A stretch of 62,898 nt of DNA, counting the filler, from Aduncisulcus paluster (lineage: Eukaryota): the NCBI GenBank assembly GCA_024181965.1. It is 9 parts of 9 records of this genome, joined end to end, with 100 filler letters (N's around TTAATTAATTAA, not from the genome) between each part and the next. Parts side by side here need not be neighbours in the genome. Positions count along the whole stretch, not along the records: positions 1 to 13,793 come from BQXS01000078.1; positions 13,894 to 20,904 come from BQXS01000079.1; positions 21,005 to 23,850 come from BQXS01000080.1; 6 more parts are not named here. One strand, given 5' to 3'. Position numbers and translations under genes: made by a program. Below, in pieces: positions 11,302-23,850 of this stretch; position 1 is the stretch's first letter, and the number at the start of each line of letters is the position of its first letter. The notes under the pieces are model-generated. The model was not told the DNA's origin. It saw only the letters and a program-made list of their open reading frames with translations, and searched no databases.

Positions 11302-12567
11302 ATGAGTGATTTTAATGTAGATTGTGGTGGTGTGGCTATGCCTTGTCTATTTTTTACTTCCATTGTTTTTGGAACACAACTTTTTATCGCTCTATTAATT
11401 GTTTGGTGTATTGGATGTTGTAACCGTAGTTCATTCAAGCAAAACGTTGATGAATTTGTTAATACAGTGAATTCCGTGCAAAATGAGCCATCTGAAAGCA
11501 GGTTTAAAAAATCGTTATCCTCCATGACAACAGAGATTACTGTCGCTGATCAGTTATTTTCTCTTAATTCAGGTTCATTTGAATATGTAACGAATGCGAC
11601 ATGTTCAATGACTTCCAAAGAGATGAAAGCTGTGACGAAGAAGGGTATTAGTGAAGATGCTATGAATGAATTGTATTACTATAAATTGATGAAACTTGGA
11701 TCTGATATTGATGAATCTGTCCAATATCCCGTTTTAATTGACGTTAATATGCTCCAAGGTACGACCTCTGTAGCTGATTGGACCAAAGCTTTTATTCGGG
11801 TTGAGACGGATGATACTAGCGAGTGTGATTCTGACCTTTATTGCTGGGGTTTGTGTCAAATGTTGTACTATTCCCATATTATGAACATCTATGTTAACCC
11901 AGAATCAACCACATCTTACAGCGTTGACTCTATTCAAGCCACGAATTGGAGGGAAGTTGACCCCCTGACCTTCGGATGCATGTACGTCGACTCACTTCCT
12001 ATCAGTGATCTTTCTTTCGCTATTTATGACTCCACGTTGCCCTGTGGAATATTTTACAGGGATTATCATGGCTCATTCGGGAGTACAGGGTCTGGTTGCA
12101 TGACCGCTGCAATCATCATTGGTATAGCCTTGCTTTTCTGCGTAATTGGGGTTACTATATCCCTGTGCAAAACATGCAATCCTCGATTCAAGAAGACCAA
12201 GGAACAGAGGGAACAGATTGAACGGGAAAAGATAGAGAGGATTATGGCTCAGATTCATGCACAGAGGGCTGAGAAATCTGCAAAAGAAGCCGAAAAAGAA
12301 CGCCTGAGAAAAGAAAAGGAAGAGCGAGAAAGGTTTTTACGAGAACAAAGGGACATTTACCGGAAGGAAGTCAAAGAAAAGAAAGAAGCCGAGAAGAGGA
12401 GAAAAGAGGAAGAAAGAAGGCAACGACAACAGGATAGGGAGGCCAAAAGAGGGAAACTTAGCACTACTCCAGCTCATAGTGAGCATCTAGCTGATGTATC
12501 AGCTGAGCAGCAAACATTTATGCCATTGTCTGAGTTCCTGCGACTCCAAGAGGCTGATGTATTCTGA
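11302..12567 (+). CDS. hypothetical membrane protein (two TM segments, Cys-containing loop, charged coiled-coil tail)
   Basis: Long ORF with hydrophobic segments CLFFTSIVFGTQLFIALLIVWCIG and AAIIIGIALLFCVIGVTISL; E/K/R-rich C-terminus. Start uncertain. Confidence 0.7.
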   Translation: MSDFNVDCGGVAMPCLFFTSIVFGTQLFIALLIVWCIGCCNRSSFKQNVDEFVNTVNSVQNEPSESRFKKSLSSMTTEITVADQLFSLNSGSFEYVTNATCSMTSKEMKAVTKKGISEDAMNELYYYKLMKLGSDIDESVQYPVLIDVNMLQGTTSVADWTKAFIRVETDDTSECDSDLYCWGLCQMLYYSHIMNIYVNPESTTSYSVDSIQATNWREVDPLTFGCMYVDSLPISDLSFAIYDSTLPCGIFYRDYHGSFGSTGSGCMTAAIIIGIALLFCVIGVTISLCKTCNPRFKKTKEQREQIEREKIERIMAQIHAQRAEKSAKEAEKERLRKEKEERERFLREQRDIYRKEVKEKKEAEKRRKEEERRQRQQDREAKRGKLSTTPAHSEHLADVSAEQQTFMPLSEFLRLQEADVF

Positions 12568-13155
12568 AACACCTGCACTCTCACATTTAAACTTCCCCTT
12601 CCAGGGATATAAGCTTATCTACGACTTTTGTTTGATTCTTATCCTTTATTTCGTTTATTTATGATTATAATTTTATATTTGGTGTTCCCTTTTGTTCCTT
12701 TTATTTATATTAATTTATATTAATTAATTATATCAATTCTGATTCATCATATTCTTTTGCATTTTTATATTTCATTCGTTTTAAAAACGGTTTTTAACTG
12801 TAAATCATATTTTATTTCAATAATTCTCAGCTTCATATGTTGTTTGTTGGTGCATATTTTTCAACAATGGTTGTTCTTGTTAACTTGATACTAGATAGTA
12901 TAGTATTGTTCAGGATACACTTGAGATCATGATCGGGCAGGATATTTTTAGATCTACCTTGGCCAGCCACTATTATTCAAACTTCAGATAGATACTCACC
13001 ATGGTCTATTTTTAGATCTAATAATGATGATCTGTGAGATGTAGGAGGCTGAAATAACTCCATTACAAGGACAATAAGCAAATAAACGAACGTTTTAACG
13101 GCTAATAGACTCCTGACCAATGGAGAAATGAATATTGTATGACAAAATGAACAAA

Positions 13156-13793
13156 CTATTTCCTGGATTTTTTCATCCTTTTCATGTCCATGTGACTCAT
13201 ACCATATCTTCTCTTTCCACCTTCAAATGAAGCTCCTCCATATTGTCTATCATCTCTTCTTCTATCGTCTCTTCTTCTATCGTCTCTTCTTCTATCATCT
13301 CCTCTTCCTCTCTCTTCTCTCCCTCTCCCTCTCCCTCTCCCTCTTCCTCTTCCTCTTCCTCTTCCTCTTCCTCTTCCTCTTCCTCTTCCTCTTCCTCTTC
13401 CTCTTCCTCTTCCTCTTCCTCTCTCTTCGCTTCTACCAATTCCTTTGTCAAAATCTTGAGGGGAATCAGAATCGTATTTTCTCTCTCTTTTTTGATGGAA
13501 TTGGACCTTGGATTTCTTGATGCTTGAATCCAGAGGCTCGAAACAAAAGTTTGTAACCACATATTTTTCCTTCCATTTACGAACACTTTCTTCGACCTCT
13601 ACCTTCCTTTTCTCTTGGAGTATTCCGTTGGCACAGAGCTGAACTCCAAGACAGGAATGTTTTGTCAGTGGCAAGGCAGACCATATGAAAGATCCAAGCC
13701 CATGTTTGGGGACTGTACTAAAAATAGAATATTCTCCAACTTGATCGGTATGTTCAGTGTCAAGAAGTTCATATTTCATCGGTGGATAGAGTG
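13156..13793 (-). CDS. 3' fragment of a protein with an RG/DDRRR low-complexity tail (truncated by contig end)
   Basis: Frame open to the spacer; (RG)n then (DDRRR)3; basic C-terminus. Confidence 0.55.
13317..13420. repeat. hexamer microsatellite (TCTCCC/TCTTCC)n
   Basis: Read directly; encodes the RG tract. A similar (TCTTCC)n run at ~53045-53107 encodes poly-Ser. Confidence 0.9.
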
Positions 13794-13893
13794 NNNNNNN
13801 NNNNNNNNNNNNNNNNNNNNNNNNNNNNNNNNNNNNNTTAATTAATTAANNNNNNNNNNNNNNNNNNNNNNNNNNNNNNNNNNNNNNNNNNNN
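13794..13893. other. artificial contig spacer; identical spacers at 20905-21004, 23851-23950, 34948-35047, 48864-48963, 52678-52777, 58580-58679, 60954-61053
   Basis: Exactly 100 nt: an N run with central TTAATTAATTAA, which gives stops in all six frames. Confidence 0.99.
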
Positions 13894-14517
13894 GGAACAA
13901 TTTGTTCCTCCATAATTACTAAGGCCTGCCAGATAGCCCGATGAAACGTTACATAGCTTACATAGCTTAGTTTAGCAAGCTCTTTCATATTAATTCCGCT
14001 TCTCAGCCACCTTAATGACCATAACAGAGAATCTCGTGGTGTCAATTTGGCTCTTCTGCCTCGTCTTGAAGGCATAAAGCAATCGGAACAGTTACCTTCA
14101 ATGTACCCGTATTCTGCACGGTTAACGCCAAAAAAGAACTTAAAATCTTCATCATTTGCTTCCATATAAGCTTCTCGAATGTATATACACTTACATCCAT
14201 GTTGGCTGCGTCGGCTTTGGGGTTCTAAGGGATGTGTCATCAAATGATCCATATGATCAACAATCTCAGCATCTTGTATCGCTTGAGAAGCCCTTTCTAA
14301 ATCCAATGATGCTCTAAATGACATCGATTTGCTGTACAAACCACCAATAAACTTTATTGCCGACCAATTTCAAAATTGCTGCGCAATTTCATTAATTCCC
14401 TAGCTATTTCGAAATTGGGGGTCAATTTCGAAATTGGTCGGCAATAAAGTTTATTCCTAACTAATAAAGTTTATTACCCTTTTATTTCGAAATACCCCCC
14501 CTATTCGGAAATTCCCC
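13894..14517 (-). mobile_element. left end of a PIF/Harbinger-ISL2EU-type DNA transposon with transposase N-terminus (ATG ~14324, truncated)
   Basis: HTH_Tnp_4-like pattern FKFFFGVNRAEY...RGRRAKLTPRDSLLWSLRWLRSG...ELAKLSYVSYVTFHRAI. Minus-strand terminus TTA|GGGGAATTTCCG at 14517 with a dense subterminal repeat field. Confidence 0.75.
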
Positions 14518-15535
14518 TAATGTGCCAAGAAAATGTGTGTGAAAGTGGGCAATAATGCTGTCATTTTTCTGAGTTGATATGATAGTTTTGTAACCTTAAA
14601 AATTATTTAAATTTATTATTAAACTTGTCAAGCAAGTTTGACAATGTTACTGTTGATGAAAATAAATAAAAGGAATAGTATCATTAAAGTAGTAAATTTA
14701 TAATCTCTTGAAATTCACATAAGTTAACACGTTGAAAGACTGAAGAAATATAAATATAAGTTCCTTTTCCAAAAGACATTTCACGGAAAGATTTCCCATT
14801 CATATAAATAACCATTACAGAGTGGTCACGAAAGACTTAAACTATCCTTAATTCTTCAAAGTGTTGCATTGACACAAAGAGAACAGAATTAGAGTGCTTT
14901 CTAAACATAAATATAACCATCTCAAACAGCTATTAATACAAAACAAGAAACTTTCAGGGTTGAATACAAAGAAGAAAAATGTTTTCGTTTTCAAAAATAA
15001 TAATTAAATTAAAAACGAAATTTGGAAAAAGAAAACTTGATTTCACAATCATTTCAACTTAAAATAGTCAAAATATAGAAAACAAAAGATTATCATACAC
15101 AAAAACAATACAATATCCAATCAAAAACAATTCAAAATCAACAAACGCATGAATAAAAAAAAGGAGAAAAAACAACAAAAAGATAGAGAGATTGTCGTAG
15201 AAATAGAAAATAAAAACAAATAATGTTGCCAAAAACATGTTGTACAGAAGAAAAGAGGACAGAACCGATGATATTCCACCCTAGTACACAGATATATCGG
15301 ATACAAACGAGTTAATAACTTATCTTTGGTTAAAAAAAAAAAAAGGGAGAAAAGATATTATTGATCAAAGATAACTATTAAAAAAATCTTTCGCCATGAC
15401 GATGAATATTAAATTAAATAAATTTAAATAAATAAATAATAAATTGAGTTTCAAGGTGACCTTAATAATATAAATATTTGGCTCCCTTACAAATTGATGA
15501 TGCTTCAGTATAGTAAATAAAAAGATAAAGACGAG

Positions 15536-17600
15536 TTATTTCTTCTTTTTAGAGCTTTTGGAAGTTTTGGCATTATCATCATAGGTTTTCTTAACCTTTA
15601 GATAGACAGAACGACGTTGTTCGACGTCAGGGTCTTCAATAAACATTCTGTATAGAATCTTCTTTGTTCCTCGCTTTGACTTGAGCTTGCTTTTGGCTTC
15701 CTTAACCAATGGAATGGATTCCAAGAACTCAGCCTTAGTAATGGTTAAATAATGCATGAATCGCAAGTACATCCCATCATCTCTCACACTCAGATCTTCA
15801 TTGAAGTAGAACGAATGTGGAGCAATCTCTCGATCTGAGGGTTCAGAATCCCTGGCTTTCATGTCATCCTCTACGAGTTCTTTCCATCCATAGACTAACA
15901 TATCCTCTTCGTCGGGGGAGGAAGCTCTATCTATGAAAATAGTGCGATAGATCGTCTCCATATCATGTCCTTCAAGAGCCATACGAAGAATCTCTGGCTT
16001 TCTGCCGGTGGAAGGGTTCATTCCACGCGATTTGTTGTCTGCATCTTTCTTGGCACGAATCAGACAGTTCACACAGTATCCTCTCCTCAAAAGGATGGCT
16101 CTGGTGGTGCTATTATAAGACCATTTCTCAAACCGATGGAATAACTTGAGGAGATACTCCATATCAGTGTCGCCACGCTTGGGGAGTGCCAAGGGACACT
16201 TACAGGAGTACTTGAGCTCTTTAGCTTTGGAGAGAGTCACAACACCCGGCTTACACTTGTCCTTTATGGTCTTATAAACGCTNNNNNNNNNNNNNNNNNN
16301 NNCGAATCAGACAGTTCACACAGTATCCTCTCCTCAAAAGGATGGCTCTGGTGGTGCTATTATAAGACCATTTCTCAAACCGATGGAATAACTTGAGGAG
16401 ATACTCCATATCAGTGTCGCCACGCTTGGGGAGTGCCAAGGGACACTTACAGGAGTACTTGAGCTCTTTAGCTTTGGAGAGAGTCACAACACCCGGCTTA
16501 CACTTGTCCTTTATGGTCTTATAAACGCTGGATAATTGTGCATACCGACGAAACCAGTGTTTGGACGTGTCGACAGAGAACATCTTTCCTCCAACAGAGA
16601 TTTCGAGTTCTTTGGGGCATGAGCGTCTTTTACCAAGACTAGAAGTTGAGCAATGGGAGGACGAAGACGAAGAGGAGGAAGAAGAAGATACAGTTGATGA
16701 AGATTGATAGGATTCGGTAGACGAAGAACGAGAAGGAGTCGCTGAAGAGCTCTTTGAGGCAGAAGGAGTCTCCGTTTGGGCAGTACAACTACTAGACGAT
16801 GAGCACAGGGAAGGAGAAGAGCATTGGGCTGGAGGAAGTGCAACAGATTCGCGAGGAGATAAGGAGGAAGGCACCCAGTTGACGAATTGATATGGAACAT
16901 CACGGAAAGCACCGAATAAAGGTCTTTCCAATCGACAATCTCCCATGTCACTGCCTTGGGAACCAGCAGGAACATACTCTCGGCCATTGGACGATTGGAG
17001 GCCGGTATCACGAGAAGTATCCGATGGAAATCTTTCGGGACCAGCGCTAGCATCTCCTTGAGCCAAAGAATAGCCAAGATCGCCAGACAACGATTGTCCA
17101 GCAAAAGAAAAACAGCTATCGGGTGGAAAAGAAACAGATTGATTGGGATATACTCCAGAAAATTCTCCACTTGGGTACACCAGAGCTGGAGTTGACATTG
17201 AAAAGTCACCATTTGGACATCCAGGTACTGTAGTCGGCATTTCAACGCATGTTGAACTAGCCCCGAAAGAATCAACATGTATAGGCTCGGTAACATGTTC
17301 ATATGTTCGGCAATCGCTCAAACATGGTAAAATAAAGGGAGTAGCATCATGGAGGAAGACAGGAACAGAAGTGGATTCATAGCCGATCAAAGGGGGTATT
17401 CCACGTGGAGAATATTCTTGAGTTTGAAGATTGTGGCTCAATGAATTGGGTGAAGATGATAATGTTTGGGATTGGGACTCTTTAGATGAGGCAATAGGTT
17501 GAAAATCTAAAAATGAATCGGGACAAGAAGAATCCAATAAATTTCCAATATGATCGCACTCTTCGGTATTAGGAAACAAATGATTAAATATATCGCCCAT
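15536..17600 (-). CDS. hypothetical protein (Ser/Pro-rich N-terminus, Cys-containing basic C-terminal domain), split by a gap artefact
   Basis: ORFs 16272..17600 and 15536..16240 share an identical ~230-bp overlap across the N gap at 16283-16302. Confidence 0.65.
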
Positions 17601-19149
17601 ATTTCTTTTTGAAGCTTTTCAAAAAAGGATTGGCATTTTTGCAACTGGGAAGATATTTTTGGAAATGAGGGTGAATCCGTGGGCAATCTGATCATGTATA
17701 ATTTTGTAACTTACAAAATACCAAACTTTATAATAAGCATAAGGGAACCAATGGTGTAAAGTACATTTATTTTCAATGACTTCTAGTCATTATTGGTATG
17801 ACCTTCTGGCCCAGTGGGCCTAATGAAGCTTTATTTATCTCGTGGGCCTAATAGAGGTAAATCAAGAATGGTTGCAATCTCTTTATATTAAAAACTGTTT
17901 CTTGTATTTATTTACAATAAATCCTATAATTCTTCGAGATTATCTCCCGTGACAAGTTTATCAACTGTTTTTTAACACATTTCCATCCCTGGGCTTAGAA
18001 ATCATACACTTTTAATAAAAATAACAATAACCATGATTTAATCTTTTTTAACCAATAAAATCATCAGTATTAGCAAAATTAATGCATTATCCAGAACTTC
18101 AGATTCGTCAAGTTTAGTTTTGTTGCTATATACAACTTTATTTATAGTGATTCCCACCCAAATGAATTCCTGCTGATTGCTAATAACTGAAATATTAGAT
18201 CCCAAACATCTAAATATGATGTTTTATGCTCTTTTTTGGGATGATTTTTTTATCGATGAGAATAAGAAGCTAAAACACGATAAAAGATCTAATTTAATCC
18301 CAAAAACATCTTGTGGAGCAAATGACATGCATTTATTGATTTGCTTCCCCCCTTTATACAATGCTTCATAACATCTTCATTGTACAACCTCTAAAGAATA
18401 TTTTCCCCGATATTCCTGGAATATCACGATAAAAACGGAGCTTAAACTCATTACAATTCGAAGTTCATGCCATTATTCTCTCCACAACTTGTTATTGTGG
18501 GTCAATGCTATCTGTTTGATTCTCGAACCTTTTGATACCTTACTGTTCTTTTTATTGTCATAAAACTGAACTCAAACGTTTGATATTTGCCATGCTACTC
18601 CCTAAAATGCAGCTACAAACTTAAAACACTCAACTTTCTGGTTCTGTTCGTTGCTCCTGGTTTCCACCCATTGTCTCTGAAAATAATTGAGAAATTGACA
18701 CAACTGCCCCTCGCTTAACTCATTTGAATCTCGAATAACACATCAATAACATCAATAACAACAATGCTGTTCCCCCAATCTGTGTGTCACATCATCTTAT
18801 TCTTGGATGATGATTCTCGATTCGTGATCTTTCCTTTGTTTTGCCGAATCCAAGCTTTTCTCTTCTCTTTGAATCATAAGAAGAGAACTAGAACTGGGTC
18901 TGGTCCTATGAAATCTATTCTTTTTATTCTTGACTTCACCAATCTCCTATCTATCTATGAGTAAATCATCCGTGGGGGTCCCCCCTGTACGGTGGTTGCA
19001 CTGTATATTTCTTTCATTTTTATATATATACTAACTTTTAATTCAATTTACTGTTAAGAATCAAAGTATTATCTGGTTGGACATCTTGTATCCATTGAAT
19101 GAGCGATTTCGGACTGAAAATCGAAGCAGAGTTCTCGTTTTGCTAAAAT

Positions 19150-19905
19150 TTGAAAATGCTACAGGAAGATACATATCAATTTAAGGCAAGACCTATGCCG
19201 AATTTCGATAGAAACACATTACCGCCCAAGAAATTGTTCTTTACAACTTCTTTTAAAGATTTCAAATTTTCTCTCCCAGACCGCATGAAAGATCGTAAAT
19301 TATTTGAAAAGCGCACAAAAGTATTACAAAAACGCAAAAATAAGGAGAAAAAAAGATTGGAAGAAGAAAAAATTATGCGCGAATTGGAAGAATTGAAAAA
19401 ATACCGTGAAAAATATGGATTTCATCCAAATAAGCTTAATAGAAAGATGCTTGAGAGGCCTCTTTTTGTTCCGACCCTCGGACAAACCCCAATGACCATC
19501 CCTAAATCACCTAAATTGTCTGGGTGTGGTTGGTCAAAGACTTTAAAGTTAGATCAAAGTATGAAACCAAAATCGGGTAAAATTATTAAAGAATCGGAGA
19601 AAATTGTCATCATTGGTTCGAGAAAACGAAAGGAAAGACCATCAAGTGGAGTTAGATTGATTTCGCCCAAACATCGTTTATTTTCGCAATCTCCCAACCA
19701 AGTGGAGAATATTTTCCTGTCATCAAATTATCTTTCACCAGAAGTATTAAAAAGAGTGAAACAACTCAAATTGGAAAGAAAGCGCATTAAAAAGCGTGGG
19801 GCAATGGGTTCTGAAAAACTCGCTGGTGAATCTGAAACATATGGGAAGAAGAAGAAGAAAAGAAAGGCGAGGACGCTTATTGAGGTAGTTCTCTGTCATT
19901 ATTAG
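19150..19905 (+). CDS. TPX2-like microtubule-associated protein (true start uncertain)
   Basis: FKARPMPNF, T..KDFKFSL.DR...R..FE, a charged helix, then MTIPKSPKL: the TPX2 C-terminal domain pattern. Confidence 0.7.
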   Translation: MKMLQEDTYQFKARPMPNFDRNTLPPKKLFFTTSFKDFKFSLPDRMKDRKLFEKRTKVLQKRKNKEKKRLEEEKIMRELEELKKYREKYGFHPNKLNRKMLERPLFVPTLGQTPMTIPKSPKLSGCGWSKTLKLDQSMKPKSGKIIKESEKIVIIGSRKRKERPSSGVRLISPKHRLFSQSPNQVENIFLSSNYLSPEVLKRVKQLKLERKRIKKRGAMGSEKLAGESETYGKKKKKRKARTLIEVVLCHY

Positions 19906-20294
19906 TAATAAATGATTTATTATGAGCTGTGTCAGGTAAAGTTTTGATTTTACCAATGGTAACCGGACCATTATATTGGTACTCGCTATTAGAAGGGTTT
20001 AATCTCCATCCTATATGATTTGTTGCTGACTATATGTTTTTTGCCCACTATTTTCTTTTTGTCTTTATTATTTCTTGTTCGAGCATGTCTGCTCAATAAC
20101 CGGCTAAACCGGGATTTACCGAAACGCTTTATTTTCTCCTAGCGGAGTTTGGAAGATAGTTGACACATAGGTGTAGGCGACGTAATAAAGAGGCTCATAA
20201 TCTCGGAGAACGGTATGGGAGGAGCATGAGCAGCTGATCTATAGAGACTATAGATGAAGTCGGAAGTCACCAAATAAAACCTTAAATCTGCCCA

Positions 20295-20904
20295 CTATCT
20301 ATACCAAACCACGCCTACGAGATACACACGAACGGTGAGTAAAAGGAAATAGGAGACGGTGGTTGTGGATAGTTTCTGAAGTGGCCAGTGGCCACTGCAG
20401 CGGAGCTCATAAGATTGACGATTCAAAGCACTGCCAAAGGCAAGGGAGCGAGCAAGCACTACCTTGAGTTCCTCTATGCAGCGAGATGGATGATGACGTT
20501 GAACCAAGGCAACTTGCCTTTCTTGAAGAAATTCTTGGAATGATTCACCAATAACACCTGTTGAAGAAAATATCATGGGATAAAAGTCGAACGAGTAGCG
20601 AGGGTCAATCTCACTACCAGGAGGAGGGCGGGGTGCATAGGCACTACGCTTTTTTGTCTCCCTTTTCGTAAGACACCCATGAATAATTCCCCTTCCGAGC
20701 TCAACAATAGCAGTCGCAGAGTTTCCAGTTGCAACGATTCTCCGTGTGAAGTCAAGGATGATATCCGTCGAAACAGCCTCAGTGATTTGAGCATCAAATA
20801 CAAGATTCCGAGACCAGTCACTTGTGCCAAATGCATGAGCAACAATGTCTGCTCTCAGAGTTCGAGTGTTTAGATGCCGGAAGAAGCGAGTGTCCTCTTG
20901 AGTA
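20295..20904 (-). mobile_element. 3' end of an RLE-type non-LTR retrotransposon ORF (CRE/R2-group restriction-like endonuclease)
   Basis: One open frame from the contig edge: LRADIV...LVFDAQIT...LTKRETKKRSAY...FDFYPMIFSSTGVIG, matching RxD..D..K..Y..FxP...xxG of RLE domains. Confidence 0.75.
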
Positions 20905-21004
20905 NNNNNNNNNNNNNNNNNNNNNNNNNNNNNNNNNNNNNNNNNNNNTTAATTAATTAANNNNNNNNNNNNNNNNNNNNNNNNNNNNNNNNNNNNNNNN
21001 NNNN

Positions 21005-21742
21005 CATTGAAGATTCACGACATTCTTCTTTTTTCGCATCAATTGGGGATGATTGAACTTTTGATTCCTTTCGAACATCAGATGAGGAGCTATCCTGAGA
21101 AACTTCACATTTAGGGGGAGAAGGAGTTGTTAAACCAGCAACAGCATGTTTAACTTCATCAATGAAACTATCTTCAGCGATAATACCGTGTTTTTGAGAA
21201 CTGCCAGAGATAGCATGCAATCCATCCCGAATGCTACATTTAGTTGAATCTAATCCATTTTTGTGGATGGATGCCAGAGATTTACGCGTAAAATTATCAA
21301 ATTGTTTCTTTTGCCGCAAATTAAAAATCTTACATTTGATTTGTGTTGGACTTCTCGCGATCACATCACTATAATCGTTATACTGTTTCCATTTGTTACC
21401 AAGACGAAAATGAAGGAACGTTGCCATATATATTTCGTTTAAGGTCCAAGACGTATGACGCCGAGAAGGACTTTTTTCTCCGTTTTTTGACAATGACTCA
21501 GGTAAGCCTTTGGTCATCCCTTTCGAAGACCCTGATATTTTTGATTGAAATTTTTCACGACGAGACTTTCCAAAATGTGTTTTCATTGGAGGAGTGGGAT
21601 GAAACAAAGAAGCATATAAAGCTCTACATTCTGCCTCATTTTTTTTCATTTGAAGTGCAATATTTGTCCAATCAATTAGTTCATGTTCATTATATTCAAT
21701 AATCTGTTTAAATCTAGTTATTTCAGCAACAGTCCAAGCCAT
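21005..21742 (-). CDS. Myb/SANT domain protein (C-terminus truncated)
   Basis: WTVAE...DWTNIA.QM.KNEAECRALY and SWTLNE...LGNKW.....RSPTQIK.KI. Confidence 0.8.
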
Positions 21743-22452
21743 ATTACTTTAAGGTACAATATAATCAAGATAGAAGAGAATAGATAGTTATTATTAAATA
21801 AATAGCGAGTTTTAAAAAATAATATATTTTAAAAAAGATTATGTAATTGATGGGTTGGATGCAAACCACGATTTTTACAATTTTATTGGTTTATCAGAGA
21901 AATATCAGGTAATGGGGAGTATTGATAGGGAAAACTTGCGGTTTATATAATACATATTCAATTTATCGATTCTAAATATTGTATATAATATTCAATTTGA
22001 TGATATTCAATCATAGCTCTATGAGCGAGAATATTAAGGATACTTGAAATTCATTGGCCAATTTCACAATTTAAGCACTTGGTCATGTGATAATGCGTAT
22101 ATTACTGAATAGTATTCTCCATCTAAGAATATTAGCTAGCGACTCGCAACAGTCAAACAGTCGGACTGTAGTGGGACTGACCCAGGCCTGATTACAGACT
22201 ATTTTTATTACGACGATAAATCATCAAGAAGGGATTCATATATAAGAATCCAGAAGAATTAATTTGGTATTCAAAATACGAGAATGGGAGATCAACCAAC
22301 AAAGCAAATTATTCGAATTACATGGTGACCTCAAACAATAAATCTAAATCATAAAAGTATAGTAAATGCTATATATATCACAAATATAACACGGTTTTAC
22401 AAAGTAACATAATAAGAAACAACAAAAAGGAAATAATTAACATAAAGCATCA

Positions 22453-23850
22453 TCAAGCAGAAACACTTCCAGAGCTGGGCTTGTGAAGAGTTCTCTCAGC
22501 AACAGAGAAATTCCTAATCCTAGTGAACTTGTCCAAATCCATCACGGATCCAGCGCGTGAATGCTTCTTAATCTCGTCAATGAATGTTTGTCTAAAGTCA
22601 AGCTCATGACGAAGAATAGGAACTCTGGCGAACATCTGACAAATGACACCGATAAAGACCATGGGAATGGCAGTGAGATAAGTATAGTAACCCTTAGAAT
22701 CATCAAGGGCAAAGTTTCCGAGAGTGATGTCACCATAGTTAGTGGTAACAGTGATGGGACCAACAGACTCCAAGGCATCGAAAGTGAGACCGATGAGAAG
22801 AGTAGGAACGGCACGACCAACAGAGTTACCGATCTGAGAGATACCGGTCACAGAACCACGGTTGGTGGGAAGAGAGAAGAGGGAAAGCATGTAAAGGTAG
22901 GCAGGGTGGGCGCAAGCCTCAGAGAAGGCACCAATGGCAGAGAACACAGCGGAAGCCCAAACCGTGTCAACGAGAGGAGGTGTGATACCTTGCAATATTA
23001 AGGCAAGAAGATTCATAACATGACTAACGAATGTCATATTCATCTCTCCAGCTCTACGAGTAAACCAAGGACCAACAACCAAAGCACAGAAAGCCACGAA
23101 TCCATAAATAGCCAATGCACTTACATATTGGTAGTTAGACAACCATTTAGGATAGTTTGATTTGAACTGAGCAAGATAACTGACAGGCCAGACAACGCCA
23201 TCAGTATCATAGGGCTGATCAGCATCTGTGAAGTTAGTCCAGAGATCATTAAAAGGCATGTCAGTCATCCAAGCAAGATTAAGATCTCTGACAACACTGT
23301 AGGCTCCAACACACATAGTATAGGCAATGAACAACAAAATAAAGTCCCTGTTAGTGAACAAAAACTTGAATACAGACCAGAACTTGCTGTGTTTGAACTT
23401 ATCACCTTCTTCCTTGGGCTCCTCGACTTCCTCCTTCTTGGTGACAGTCATCTCAATGGCAGCATCCTTTTTCGCAAGTTTCTTGGCAGCCTTGGCTTGA
23501 GCCTTAAGTTCACGGTTGGCAAGAATGATGGGCGAAGATTCCTTGGTGAATATCATGGCGAAAATACCGGCAAAAACACGACACAACATGGCAATGAATG
23601 CATCAACCTGGAGAACTCTAATGTAGTCATCATCTGAAGGATCATCAGGAATAACCTTTTCAACAACATAATGATTGATAACAGGACTGAACAAGCATGA
23701 AATATAGATGGCGGATGTGTAGATACAGAGGTTAAGAGTACGTGTCTTGGGAGGAGAAAGATCAGAAACACACAAGTATCCAAGGGGAGCAATAAGAGCA
23801 GCAATACCAGAAGCAGCACGAATAGCAACAATGGCCCAGTAACCTCCATC
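22453..23850 (-). CDS. major facilitator superfamily transporter (5' truncated)
   Basis: Frame open to the contig edge (…IVAIRAASGIAA…YLCVSDLSPPKTR); many TM helices; RGSVTG.SQIGNSVGRAV motif. Confidence 0.85.
   Translation of the reverse strand, partial: DGGYWAIVAIRAASGIAALIAPLGYLCVSDLSPPKTRTLNLCIYTSAIYISCLFSPVINHYVVEKVIPDDPSDDDYIRVLQVDAFIAMLCRVFAGIFAMIFTKESSPIILANRELKAQAKAAKKLAKKDAAIEMTVTKKEEVEEPKEEGDKFKHSKFWSVFKFLFTNRDFILLFIAYTMCVGAYSVVRDLNLAWMTDMPFNDLWTNFTDADQPYDTDGVVWPVSYLAQFKSNYPKWLSNYQYVSALAIYGFVAFCALVVGPWFTRRAGEMNMTFVSHVMNLLALILQGITPPLVDTVWASAVFSAIGAFSEACAHPAYLYMLSLFSLPTNRGSVTGISQIGNSVGRAVPTLLIGLTFDALESVGPITVTTNYGDITLGNFALDDSKGYYTYLTAIPMVFIGVICQMFARVPILRHELDFRQTFIDEIKKHSRAGSVMDLDKFTRIRNFSVAERTLHKPSSGSVSA

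Noticed and set aside
13024-13116. ATGATGA...CTGA box C/D snoRNA candidate
   Set aside because: No convincing terminal stem or recognisable rRNA complementarity; such motifs are common by chance.
18300-19000. Coding-like minus-strand stretch and GGGGG/CCCCC hairpin near 18970-18993
   Set aside because: Multiple stops and no recognisable family; cannot support a call.
21005-21742. Myb gene as the second ORF of the Harbinger element
   Set aside because: On a different contig from the transposase; no linkage evidence.
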